The position numbers were made by a program, and so were the translations under genes. Of a DNA stretch of 64,000 nucleotides, positions 47,506 to 60,526 are shown piece after piece. The DNA is from the human T2T-CHM13v2.0 reference genome, Homo sapiens. The stretch is taken from the NCBI RefSeq assembly GCF_009914755.1, contig NC_060934.1; one strand, 5' to 3'. Positions within the stretch are counted from its first letter, which is position 1. Every line of letters starts with the position of its first letter. Below the pieces are notes generated by a model, which was not told the origin of the DNA, did no database searches, and saw nothing but the letters and a program-made list of their open reading frames with translations.

Positions 47506-47987
47506 TGTAGCAGGATGAGCCACAGACAAAACCTCTCAGACACCGAGTTGTAGAAGGAAGGGCTTTATTCAGCTGGGAGCATCTGCAAGCTACTGCCTTA
47601 AAATCCGAGCTCCCTGAATGCACAATTTCTGTCCCTTTTAAGGGCTCACAACACTAAAGATTTCACATGAAAGGGTCGTGATTGATTTGAGCAAGCAGGC
47701 GGTATGTGACAGGGGATGCATGCACCGGTGGTCAGAGAGAAAGAGAACAGGGCAGAGAGTTTCACGATGTTCTTCTATACAATGTCTGGAATCTATGAAT
47801 AACATCAGTTTCTAAGTTATGAGTTGATTTTTAACTACTGGTTTTAGGCCAGGCAGGCCCAGGTCTGGTTTTGGGCCTGGCGCCGGGCTGCCTGTCTTTG
47901 GTTTTACTTCCTTGTTGTTTTTTCTTAAAATGGGTACTGAGTATAAAACAATATAAAACAATATGAGAGGGTCTCTCTCTTCCCTCA
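47506..47987 (-). repeat. 5' LTR (LTR2B-like)
   Basis: ~95% identical to 41636-42116 (about 25 substitutions + 1 indel counted by eye). Confidence 0.92.
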
Positions 47988-48300
47988 CGAGCATCATTTG
48001 TCACACATAGTCATCTTCCCCTCCCACCTGCAAGAGGAATGTTCCTTCTCACCACGAGCAAGTTCCTGTACACACCTGGATCTGTTTCTGGACTCTCTGT
48101 TCTCATTTGTCTTGTATACCAAAAATAAAATTCTAAGTCCTCCAACCAGTTGAACGGACCCCTCTTCTCAGCCAAGGGGATTCCAAAGAAATCTGAAAAA
48201 CGAGTTCAGGCCATGATGGGAGGGGGAGTCAGGCCTCATTATACTCTCCTCCCTTCGGACTGTGTCTTCAGGCACAGCTGACCAGCATTAACATTAAAAC

Positions 48301-48477
48301 GGTCCAGGCGTGGTGGCTCACGTCTGTAATCCTAGCACTTTGGGAGGCTGAGGCGGGTGGATCACCTGAGGTCATGAGTTCGAGACCAACCTGGCAACAT
48401 GGTGAAACCCCGTTTCTACTACAGATACAAAAATTAGCGAGGTGTGGTGTTACACATCTGTAATCCCAGCTACTCGG
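48301..48477 (+). mobile_element. Alu 5' part (AluS-like), cut by HERV-H
   Basis: Left arm and start of right arm end at cccagctactcgg, abutting the LTR. Confidence 0.9.
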
Positions 48478-49028
48478 TGTCACCCGCATCCATGTGAAGA
48501 GACCACCAAACAGGCTTTGTGTGAGCAATAAAGCTTTTTAATCACCTGGGTGCAGGCGGCCTGGGTCTGAAAAGAGAGTCAGCAAAGGGTGGTGGCATTA
48601 TCGTTAGTTCTTGTAGGTTTGGGATAGGTGGTGGAGTTAGGAGCAATTTTTTGTGGGCAGGGGGTGGATCTTACAAAGTACATTCTCAAGGGAGGGGAGA
48701 ATATTACAAAGTACCTTCTTAAGGGCAGGGGAGGATATTACAAAATACCTTCTCAAGGGTGGGGAGGGTGTATCGTACAAAGTAATTCACAAGGGCGGGG
48801 GAATATCACAAAGTACATTATTGCAAGGGCGGGGAGGCTGTATTGTCACAAAGTCAATTGATCAGTTAGGGGCAGGAACAAATCACAATGGTGGAATGTC
48901 ATCAGTTAAGGCAGGAACTGGGCTATTTTCACTTCTTTTGTAGATCTTCAGTTCCTTCAGGCCATCTGGATGTATATATGTAGGTCACAGGACATATGAT
49001 GGCTTAGCTTGGGCTCAGAGGCCTGACA
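48478..49028 (-). repeat. HERV-H 3' LTR (LTR7B/C, type II repeats)
   Basis: Minus strand tgtcaggcctctgagcccaagctaagccatc...ggtggtctcttcacatggatgcgggtgaca; ~5 tandem ~33-bp U3 repeats at 48671-48860; PPT agaagacaggaa. Confidence 0.92.
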
Positions 49029-50498
49029 TTCCTGTCTTCTTATATTAATAAGAAAAACAAAACAAAATGGTGGTGAAATGTTGGGGCAGCGAAAATTTTG
49101 GGGGGTGGTATGGAGAGATAATGGGCGATGTTTCTCATGGCTGCTTCGGGCGGGATTAGGGGCGGCGTGGGAACCTATAGTGGGAGAGATTAAACTGAAG
49201 AAAGATTTGGGGGTAAAGGGTAATATTGTGGGGTTGTTAGAAGGAGCATTTGTCGTATAGAATGATTAGTGATGGCCTGGATGTGGTTTTGTATGAATTG
49301 AGAAACTAAACGGAAGACACAAGGTCCAAATAAAAGAAGGAGAAAAACAGGTATTAAAGGACTAAGTATTGGGAGAACCCAGGACATCCAATTAGAGAGT
49401 GTCCAAGGGGGTTCAGCGTAATTATTTGCTTGGTTGGCGAGTTTTTGGGCTCTATCCTTGAGTTTTTTATGTTGTCATATACCAAGCCAGATTGATTTGG
49501 GTAAAAACACTCTTCATTTAAAAATATACAGAGTTCTCCTTTTTCAGCAATGAGTAAATCGAGGCCTCGTCAGTTTTGGAGGAAAGAGAAATGCAAAGCC
49601 AGTAATTGTTTGTTAAAGAAGGATTAGAAATGGCTAGGAGAGAGTGAGTAGATTGATAGTGTGGTGGAGATAGGTAGGGAGAGGTAGAGAGTGACTGGAG
49701 AATGGGGGCAAGTATAAGAGTGAGTAGAAAAGTGAAAAAAGGGACTTCATCAGAGTGAAAGTATTGGAGGGTACCCCGTCAGCAAAGATCATCTATCCAC
49801 TCCAAGAGGGAGTCAAGAGTGGCGGATTAGGGGTAGTACTAGGAGATATCTGCTATGATAGTTTGGAGGAAAAGTGTAAACTGGCAGGGCATTTATGAGT
49901 AGTTAAAAATGGTGAATGGGGTATGACTAGACAGAAGATAGGAGGGATGACAAGTTTTCGGGGTGCAGTCCGAGTGGGTGGGGGGTGACTGAATAAAGCC
50001 TGTTGTAAAGATAGGGTAAGGAAGAATAGACCTAATAAAAATGAAAGGATGTATTAGGCTTATAAGGATTACTGTTATCCTTTAGGAATGCAGGTGAGTT
50101 TAAGGGAAGTAGGGTGAGTACTTGTGACTTCCAGGAGGAAGAGGAGAGATCAGGCTGGCTGTCCGACGGACACGGCTTTATTCTGGAACGGTGAACCCAA
50201 TGGGGAGGGTCCTGCAGGCGGATGGCAGTTGGGGTACTATAGATGACTAAGTAGGGTCCGGTCCATCGAGGTTGTAGAGTTTGAGGGGTCAGATTCTTAA
50301 CAAGAACTGATCGTCCAGCTAGGGTGTCTTCATATGGCTGGGAATCTGAAGTAGGCAAGAGAAGATTAGCAGCCTGGCGAGTTTCCTGTCTAGCCTGCTG
50401 GAGGACTGGAAGATAGTCGCCTAGAGGGCTGGTGTCTGGGACAAGGTTGGGGCCGAGCAAGAAAGTGCGTCCATATAAAAGTTCAAATGGACTGTACC
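49029..50498 (-). pseudogene. HERV-H internal remnant: integrase C-terminus and internally deleted env
   Basis: IN: YSPFELLYGRTF..LQPRWTGPYLVIYSTPTAIRLQDPPHWVHRSRIK (50032-50498). env ISD LQN*RGLDLLIAEKGELCIFLNEEC (~49505-49581). TM tail WVLPILSPLIPVFLLLLFGPC (49190-49387). Confidence 0.9.
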
Positions 50499-50699
50499 TT
50501 CAAATGGACTGTGACATATTTCGAAATGGCCCTGCAAAACTGTCTCTTATGGGGGAAGTTTACATTTTCTTTACAGAATCCCGTTCCCTTTCCAGGTCTT
50601 TTTCTGATCCTGAAGAGATTAGCTAAAAATCTAGCACCTGTTAAAGGTCTGAATAGGAAACATTTGCCATCTATTGCCTCTAAGGGCAGCCACCTGTGA

Positions 50700-51043
<344 letters not shown>

Positions 51044-51686
51044 CACAACTCCTTATCTTAACCCAGACATTCCTTTCTGTTGATTCGAGGACTTAAGATA
51101 ATAACTCTTTCAACCAATTGCCAACCAGAACATCTTTAAATCCACCTATGACCTTTAAGTCCCCGCCCCTTCAAGTTGTCGCTCCTTTCCACACAAACCA
51201 ATGTATATCTCACATGTAATGATTGATGTCTTAAATCTCCCTAAAACATATAAAACCAAGCTGTAATCCAACTACCTTGGGCACATGTTCTCAGAACCTC
51301 TTGAGACTGCATCACAAGTCATGGCCCTCACATTTGGCTCAGAATAAATCTCTTCAAATATTTTACGGGGTTTGGCTTTTTTTGTCCAACAGTCTGTCCC
51401 TGTTCCAGTACTGTGCCAACTGTAGCTTTATAATTAATGCTGATCATGGCAGCACAACTTCTCCCACCTGATTCTTTTCTAGGAGCATCTTTGTTCTTCT
51501 ATATAAAATTTAGAATCAGTTTGCCAGGTTCCTTGGGAAAAAACTGACAGGAATTATATTGGAATTGTATTACATTTATAGATCAGTTTAGGGGGAGTGG
51601 ACATCTCCATGATTTCTTTGAATGTTGCTTCCTTCCCATTTTCCCTATTGTATACTTCTGGAAATTCAGTTCAAAATTTTAGACCT

Positions 51687-52193
<507 letters not shown>

Positions 52194-53136
52194 TGTATTT
52201 TTAATTTTTAGAAGTTCTATATGGTTCTTTTAAGATCTTCTTGGTTATACCTACTATGTACCCACAAAAATTAAACATTTTTAAAAAATCTCCTTGGTCA
52301 TTCTTTATAATCTCTTATTCATATTTTTAAGGCCCTCATCCCTTAACTCAGTATTTCATAATCTATCCAAAGTCTTTGCAAATCTGATTCTTTTGTCTGC
52401 TGTTTTTGCCAGTAAAGCTCGTACTGCCTTGTTTCCTTGCATATTGAGATTTTTTTTTTTTTTTTAAAACTATTACCTTATTTATTTTTCTTGGAACTTT
52501 ATCTTGGGAATTCTTTGAGGCCTGGTTTGAAGTTGTTTTCCTCCAAAGAGGGTTTGCCTTTCCTTCTGCCACCTCACCACCCCAGGAACACTTTAAATTA
52601 AATATTTGGCTTTAGAGTTTTCTGCCCCTACAGGTAACTGTGAATTCAGATGGTGAACTACAGGATTTAGTCAGACCTGAGGTGGAACCCTCACTCACTT
52701 ACTATGTGACCTGGGGCAAGTCATTTAATCTCTCTAAATCTGTCATATCACCTGTGAAATAGCAATAATAATACCTACTGCCTAAGGCTACTGCAAGAAT
52801 GAAATGGGATCATGTATATAAATAAAGGCTTGCCTGGGGTTCTTTCTCAGCGGAGATCGCTGCCTGCAATTCTCTTCCTTGCTTCCTTTTGCCCCAGCCA
52901 GTGGGAGCAGCCTGGTGGTGGCCCCCAGCCTCAGTTCTTCCACTCACTGTAGGACCTGAGTTATAGTGGAAGCAGAGTGCTTCACATCTCACTCCTGTGG
53001 CTCACTCTGCCTTTAGTTTTGAGATGACTGAGCCTCCAAAAGCCTTTGAGAGATACCTCTGCCCTCAGTCTTGGCTGTGGTTTGGAGTTGTCTTGGAGGT
53101 CACTTGGAGCTGGGTAACAAGAAAAATGACATTTGA

Positions 53137-53545
<409 letters not shown>

Positions 53546-53561
53546 CCACATCATGTGGGAA

Positions 53562-53897
<336 letters not shown>

Positions 53898-54011
53898 TTA
53901 TGTCCCTAGGTTGGTTATGTGAAGTTTTCTGACTCTTCCCTGCTATTTAGGAAGGGCTTCAAAGACCTGAATACTTAGTAGCCAGTGCAGCAGGGTTTCA
54001 GGGTCTGGCCT

Positions 54012-54035
54012 GGGGAGGGGAGGGGAGGGGGAGGG
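54012..54035 (+). other. (GGGGA)n G-quadruplex-forming run upstream of the exon 2 acceptor
   Basis: ggggaggggaggggagggggaggg. Confidence 0.6.
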
Positions 54036-54092
54036 CAGGTTGCAGCTCAAGTGGCTTTAGAGATGCTGAGCCTCTCCTTCTGTCCTGCCCAG

Positions 54093-54320
54093 GACGCAAT
54101 GAGCCCCTGAAGAAAGAGCGGCTTAAGTGGAAGAGCGACTACCCCATGACTGACGGGCAGCTGCGGAGCAAACGGGATGAGTTCTGGGACACAGCGCCTG
54201 CCTTCGAGGGCCGCAAGGAGATCTGGGATGCCCTCAAGGCTGCCGCCTATGCTGCTGAAGCCAACGACCACGAGCTGGCCCAGGCCATCCTGGATGGAGC
54301 CAGCATCACCCTGCCTCATG
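54093..54320 (+). CDS. UBTD1: UBTD1 (ubiquitin domain-containing protein 1) coding exon 2, 228 nt, phase 1-1
   Basis: AG|GACGCAAT...CATG|GTAAGT; encodes (G)[75 protein letters not shown](G), the UBTD ubiquitin-binding domain. Confidence 0.96.
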
Positions 54321-54592
54321 GTAAGTGGGCAGGGCCAGGGCTTTATCCCCGCTGGAGCTAGGGGGTCACCAGCACAGTTTGAGGGTGTTGAGGAGTGTGG
54401 AGCGGTGGGGCAGGTGGTTACTCACGTATTCATTCATTCAAGCACCCCTTACTGAGCATGGACCAGGAGTGGGTACACAAAGAAAAAGAGACACAGTCTA
54501 TGCTTGCCTAATGACATGACAGAAAGACAACAAACCTGCAAAGCAGTGTCACAAATGCACTTTGGGACCCCAGAACATCCAAGGCACTGACC

Positions 54593-54862
54593 TTTTTATT
54601 TTATTTTTTTTTTTGAGATGGAGTCTTACTTGCTCTGTTGGCTAGGCTGAGGCTCAGTGGTGGGATCTCGGCTCACTGCATCCTTCACCTCCTGAGTTCA
54701 AGCAATTCTCCTGCTTCAGCATCCTGAGTAGCTGGGATTACAGGCATGTGCCACCATGCCTGGCTAATTTTCGTATTTTTAGTAGAGACGGGGTTTCACC
54801 ATGTTGGCCAGGCTGGTCTCAAACTCCTAAGCTCCAGTGATCCACTGGCCTCAGCCTCCCAA
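54593..54862 (-). mobile_element. Alu, 5'-truncated
   Basis: TSD aaggcactgacctttt on both sides. Confidence 0.93.
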
Positions 54863-55006
54863 AGGCACTGACCTTTTATTGGGTTGTTATGTGCTGGACA
54901 CCGAACTAGAAACTTCCACTGCATTAGCTCACGTAAGTTCATAGCAGTCTTATGGGGCCATGTAAAGCAGAGGGTGACAGTGGAGCCCTAGAATCACAGA
55001 CTTGAG

Positions 55007-55314
<308 letters not shown>

Positions 55315-55741
55315 TCAATCTGAATGTTTCCCTTTCCTAACTGTCTTGGCTTTAGCAAGGAGCTTCTCGAATTTAGAGCCTGACTGCCTTACGACTGTAA
55401 AGGGGAGATGATTATTAGGATTCAGTAAGATACACATAACATCATTTAGTCCAGTCCCAGCACTTAGTAGGTGCTCAAGAGACAATAAACATATTTCTCC
55501 ATGCATTACGTTTTGCCAGTAAGGACACTAAGGCCCATGGAGAGCAGAGCTGTGCTATTTCATTCATCCCTGTAACCCCAGCACCTGGCACATGTGAAGA
55601 AGTGAAAAATAATATGCCAGGATGAACAAGCCAGTACCTGGTGGAGCTGGGATGCCAGCTCAGGTCTTCCTGACTCCAGCCCTGTACACCTGGTCATCAG
55701 GCTGTCCTAGGGAGATCTGACTGTGGGGTGGCCATGGCAGG

Positions 55742-56272
55742 TGTATTAGTCTGCTCAGGCTCCTGTAACAAAATACCACATGCTGGGTGACTTAATCAAG
55801 AGACATTTATTTTCCACAGTTCTGGAGGCTGGGAAATCCGGCATCATGGTGCTGGCCGGTTCAGGTTTTGGTGAGGACTCTGTTGCTGGCTTGCAGGTGT
55901 CCGTCTTCTTGCTGTGTCCTCACATGGGGAGCGAGTGGAGAGTGAGATAGTGCTCTAGTGTCTCTACAAGAACTGTAAGCCAGGGCAGTGGAGCACACCT
56001 GTAGTCTCAGCTGCTCGGGAGGCTGAGGTGGGAGGATTGCATGAGCCCAGGAGTTCGAGACTAGCCTAGGCAACATAGGGAGATCTTGTCTCAAAAGAAA
56101 AAAAAAAAAAGGACCATTTTTCCCATCAAGGGGTCAGAAGGTCAGGGCCCCACGCTATGACCTCATTTAACTTTATTTATTTCTGTATAGGCCCCATGTC
56201 CAAATACAGTCACATTGGGGGTTAGAGTTTCACCATATGAATTTGGGGGGACCCAAACATTTAATCCATGAT
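55742..56272 (-). mobile_element. MLT1A-like MaLR LTR with nested Alu monomer (55978-56110)
   Basis: tgtattagtctgctcaggctcctgtaacaaaataccaca...tccaaatacagtcacattgggggttag...atatgaatttggggggac. Confidence 0.8.
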
Positions 56273-56316
56273 AGTGGATCCCCAAGCTGACTCTGACAGC
56301 CCTGCCTCTCCTACAG

Positions 56317-56702
56317 GCACCCTCTGTGAATGCTACGATGAGCTGGGCAATCGCTACCAGCTGCCCATCTACTGCCTGTCACCGCCGGTGAACCTGCTGC
56401 TGGAGCACACGGAGGAGGAGAGCCTGGAGCCCCCCGAGCCTCCACCCAGCGTGCGCCGTGAGTTCCCGCTGAAGGTGCGCCTGTCCACGGGCAAGGACGT
56501 GAGGCTCAGCGCCAGCCTGCCCGACACAGTGGGGCAGCTCAAGAGGCAGCTGCACGCCCAGGAGGGCATCGAGCCATCGTGGCAGCGGTGGTTCTTCTCC
56601 GGGAAGCTGCTCACAGACCGCACACGGCTCCAGGAGACCAAGATCCAGAAAGATTTTGTCATCCAGGTCATCATCAACCAGCCCCCACCACCCCAGGACT
56701 GA
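56317..56702 (+). CDS. UBTD1: UBTD1 coding exon 3 (last), C-terminal ubiquitin-like domain
   Basis: ctacAG|GCACCCTC...; encodes (G)TLCECYDELGNRYQLPIYCLSPP...LKVRLSTGKDVRL...QRWFFSGKLLTDRTRLQETKIQKDFVIQVIINQPPPPQD*; TGA at 56700-56702; frame continues from exon 2. Confidence 0.96.
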
Positions 56703-57385
56703 TGGGCCCACGGACCCCTGGGAAGAGGCCCCGCCTGGAGCACTAGGCCCCCACCCTGCTGCTGCCTTCCAGTGCTGTCATTTTCTTCAGGGGCCCTCCC
56801 CTCGGTGTGGCTGGTGGGTGAGCCGTGAAGGGACCCTGCCTTTCAGGGCACTACGCGCCACCAGTTCCCGGTACCCAGGGAGCAGGCAGCCACACACGGG
56901 CCTTGCAACCTTGTCAGAGAAAAGGCGAACAGGGCCCTCACCCTGCCTGTCTCCCGAAGCAGGTTCGAGCCACAAGGGCCAACCAGGAGGCCCCTGGAGC
57001 CCAGATCTGTCATCTGGTGCTGCCAGCTGTGCTCACTCTGGTTTTCTGCTCAGGGTCTGAAGCAGCTGCTGTCTCCCTCCTCTGCCCCCATCCCCTGGCT
57101 CTCCCCTGGGCACAGTGCCACTCCCTTGGAAGGGAGGGAACCACCCGTGAGCCCCAGGGCTTGGGAAGCCTGAGGCGGGCCTCTGCCTCTCCCTGCCCCC
57201 AGCACAATTGGCAGAGATGAGGCGGGTGGTGGACGGCTGGGCTGTCGTGGCAGGGTCTGCACAGGGCCATGTCCTGGCTGTAACCCAGGCAGTGGGAGGT
57301 CTGCAGCCTGGTCATGGCCTCCACAGCAGGTCCCTGTGGACAGACATATCTGCATATTTATCAATAAAGCCTTTTGCTCCTTCTC
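56703..57385 (+). other. UBTD1: UBTD1 3' UTR (end approximate)
   Basis: Repeat-free sequence between the stop codon and the poly(A) signal. Confidence 0.8.
57363..57368 (+). terminator. UBTD1: UBTD1 polyadenylation signal AATAAA
   Basis: First AATAAA after the stop, followed by a U-rich tract. Confidence 0.85.
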
Positions 57386-58419
57386 GCTTGCCTGGCATTT
57401 GACTGAATTCTCCTGCAGCTCTGTGGGGCCCCTGGAGCTGTTCTGGTATGGGAACAGGTGGATGCCTGGCCTCCCCAGCTGCTCTGGGCATGCAATCTCC
57501 AGCAGAGTGAGCCTGGAACTGCCAGTCTTCTGGGCCCTGATCCCAGCTCCCCTGGTGTCCTCATGAGTCCTCAGGAAAAGCCACTCTTTGCTTTTCTTTA
57601 AAGCAGAGCCATGCTGCCTGCCTTGCCTCCTCCATCAGTTGCTGGGAGGATTAAGCAGGAAGACAGATGTGAAAGTGCTTGCAAGGCGAAGACAGCACCT
57701 CAGGAAGGTGGTCTGCTCCTGCAGCAAGAGGGGCTAACTTCCGGCCCTGGAGACGCTGTAGCCATCGTGATGTTAAAGCAAAATCTCTGACAGATTTAGA
57801 TCGTGTGTCAGAGGTTTGTGTCAGCTTCCCAGCAAGGGAACCAGAAAGGAAAAGGAACCGGTTCCTCATGCTTCCTAGGGGAATGCATGCATATCTGAAG
57901 AGAAGGGAATCTTATATAAGGCTGTTTAGCTAAGGGCAGCCACCAGCCAGGTGAGCCTTACAGAAGCACAGGGCTGGGTGTCTGCAGTTCCCTAGCAGAT
58001 TAACCTGGGTCACAGTGACTCAGAGCTCCAGCATGCGAGTTCCAGGTGTGGAACTGAGCAAGTACAGATCTGCTTTTGCTCCACTTGGGAGTATTTTTCC
58101 TTCTTAGTGAGCATGGGCAGCCTCCTGGCCAGGGAAGTCTGGCACTGTCTGGGCCTGACAGGGAAACCCTGGGAGGGTAGAAGGATCCAGAGTAGCTGCT
58201 GTTCCTCGCTAGCTGGGCTTAGTGCTTTCCGGAGACCCCTTTCTTGAAGCAAGACTCTGTAAGCCCTGCAGAGGTCCCCTGAGCACTTACCAAGAGAGGA
58301 GACAGATTGGATAAGGTTTGTTCATGACTAAAAGTCACCCAGCCAAATGCAGTGATGCTTAACGGGGAAGCATGTGGGACCCCGGAGAGCCGAAGGCCAG
58401 CGTGAGCTGTGATCAGAGA

Positions 58420-58934
58420 GGGAGACAGCTGCCCTTCCTGCTACCACGGCCCTGGCCTGGACAAGTAGAGTGTGACCCTCCTCACAGCCAGCAGGGCCTG
58501 TCTGCAGGACAGCCTGGGAGTACAGAACTGTCCTGGGTCCCCCGTTTGGTTTTCAGGCCCTCTTCCTGGAGCTGGCTGAGCAGGGTTTCCAGGCATCCAG
58601 CAGGTGGCACTGTCATCTGGGCTGGAGCATGCAGCCAGCAGTTCCCTTTTGCAACTCAGTTGCCTTGGCTAAGGCCCAACCAGTCCCAAGTGCTCAGGAC
58701 AGAGGCTGGACGGGCTCCTTCCTGCACCCCTGCTCTTGGGACACAGTGCCCTCCGGCTCTAATAGGCCAGGAGTTGGGGGGGCAACTGGCTCTGCTCCCT
58801 GGCCCTGGCTCCCCCTGCTCCCTGGGGCTGCCCGAGGTGAAGGTGACAGGTGGGGGAGGCAGGTGGAGAATTGGGCCAGTGAGCTCATGGCAAAGGCGCC
58901 CAGCTGGGCAGGGGTGGGTGCTCTGGCCTATAAA
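58420..58934 (+). promoter_or_regulatory. ANKRD2: ANKRD2 proximal promoter: E-box cluster, CTCF-like motif (58597-58611), TATA box (58929-58934)
   Basis: Multiple CANNTG sites (cagctg, caggtg, catctg, cagttg, caactg); CCAGCAGGTGGCACT; TATAAA 39 nt upstream of ATG 58968. Fits a muscle (MyoD-regulated) gene. Confidence 0.65.
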
Positions 58935-59054
58935 GCCCCCGAGGCCCTGTGGCCTGCAGAGGCGGTTATGGACGGCACCATGGAGGACTCCGAGGCGGTG
59001 CAGAGGGCCACAGCGCTCATCGAGCAGCGGCTGGCACAGGAGGAGGAGAATGAG
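58887..59054 (+). CDS. ANKRD2: ANKRD2 (ankyrin repeat domain 2 / Arpp) coding exon 1; alternative in-frame starts at 58887, 58968 and 58980
   Basis: MAKAPSWAGVGALAYKAPEALWPAEAVMDGTMEDSEAVQRATALIEQRLAQEEENE, then donor GAG|GTGCGA (phase 0); recognised ANKRD2 N-terminus. Confidence 0.94.
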
Positions 59055-59402
59055 GTGCGAGCAGGGGTGGAGGTGCCCAAGGGGGTCTGAGGAGATCCAG
59101 TTCTGCTGTCAAGGGGAGGGAGATCCTGTCTGCTACACCTGTGGTGGGGAGGGGGGCAGATGTCCCCAGGGGCCCAGTTGGGCCTCATTCCTGTCCCAGG
59201 GTATTACTGGCAGGGGGTATTGCTGGCAGCAGAAGACTGAGGCTTCAGCCTTCAAAATTAAGTCAGTGAGATGGGGAGCTGGGCTGGGCTTCCTAAGACT
59301 GCTCACCCTCCTGGGCCTTGAGAGACAGTGGGCTGTACAAAGCAGACAGCTGGGTGCTGCCTGGGACTTTCAGGAATGTGTGGCCCTGTGATGCCCCAGT
59401 GA

Positions 59403-60062
<660 letters not shown>

Positions 60063-60176
60063 TAAGAAACAAGGCAAAGGGAAGAAATGACTAAATAGAG
60101 GTGTGAATCAGAAGTGGAGGAACACAAGGGGCTCATGAATTGTTCTGAGGGCCTTCAAGGACTCCTCTGTGGACAG

Positions 60177-60526
<350 letters not shown>

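Larger units (their letters stand above)
41636..47987 (-). mobile_element. Harlequin/HERV-E-type provirus (LTR2B-like LTRs), defective, antisense to UBTD1
   Basis: Two ~481-bp LTRs (TG...CA); tRNA-Glu PBS; PPT (aaaggggggaaa) before the 3' LTR; env and pol remnants; 4-bp TSD ccag / cgag (1 mismatch). Confidence 0.9.

Noticed and set aside
48671-48860. ~33-bp repeats with variable intervening bases
   Set aside because: These are the known type II U3 repeats of HERV-H LTRs.
56268-56316. In-frame intronic ATG extending exon 3 (MIVDPQ...)
   Set aside because: The ATG lies in the MLT1A end, upstream of a good acceptor, in weak Kozak context; nothing suggests a promoter here.
57910-57919. Palindrome CTTATATAAG as a CArG/MEF2 site
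   Set aside because: Matches neither CC(A/T)6GG nor CTA(A/T)4TAG exactly.
58372-59391. 339-aa ORF, the longest in the track
   Set aside because: Different frame from ANKRD2; spans promoter, exon 1 and intron; low-complexity GC-rich composition with no recognisable domain.
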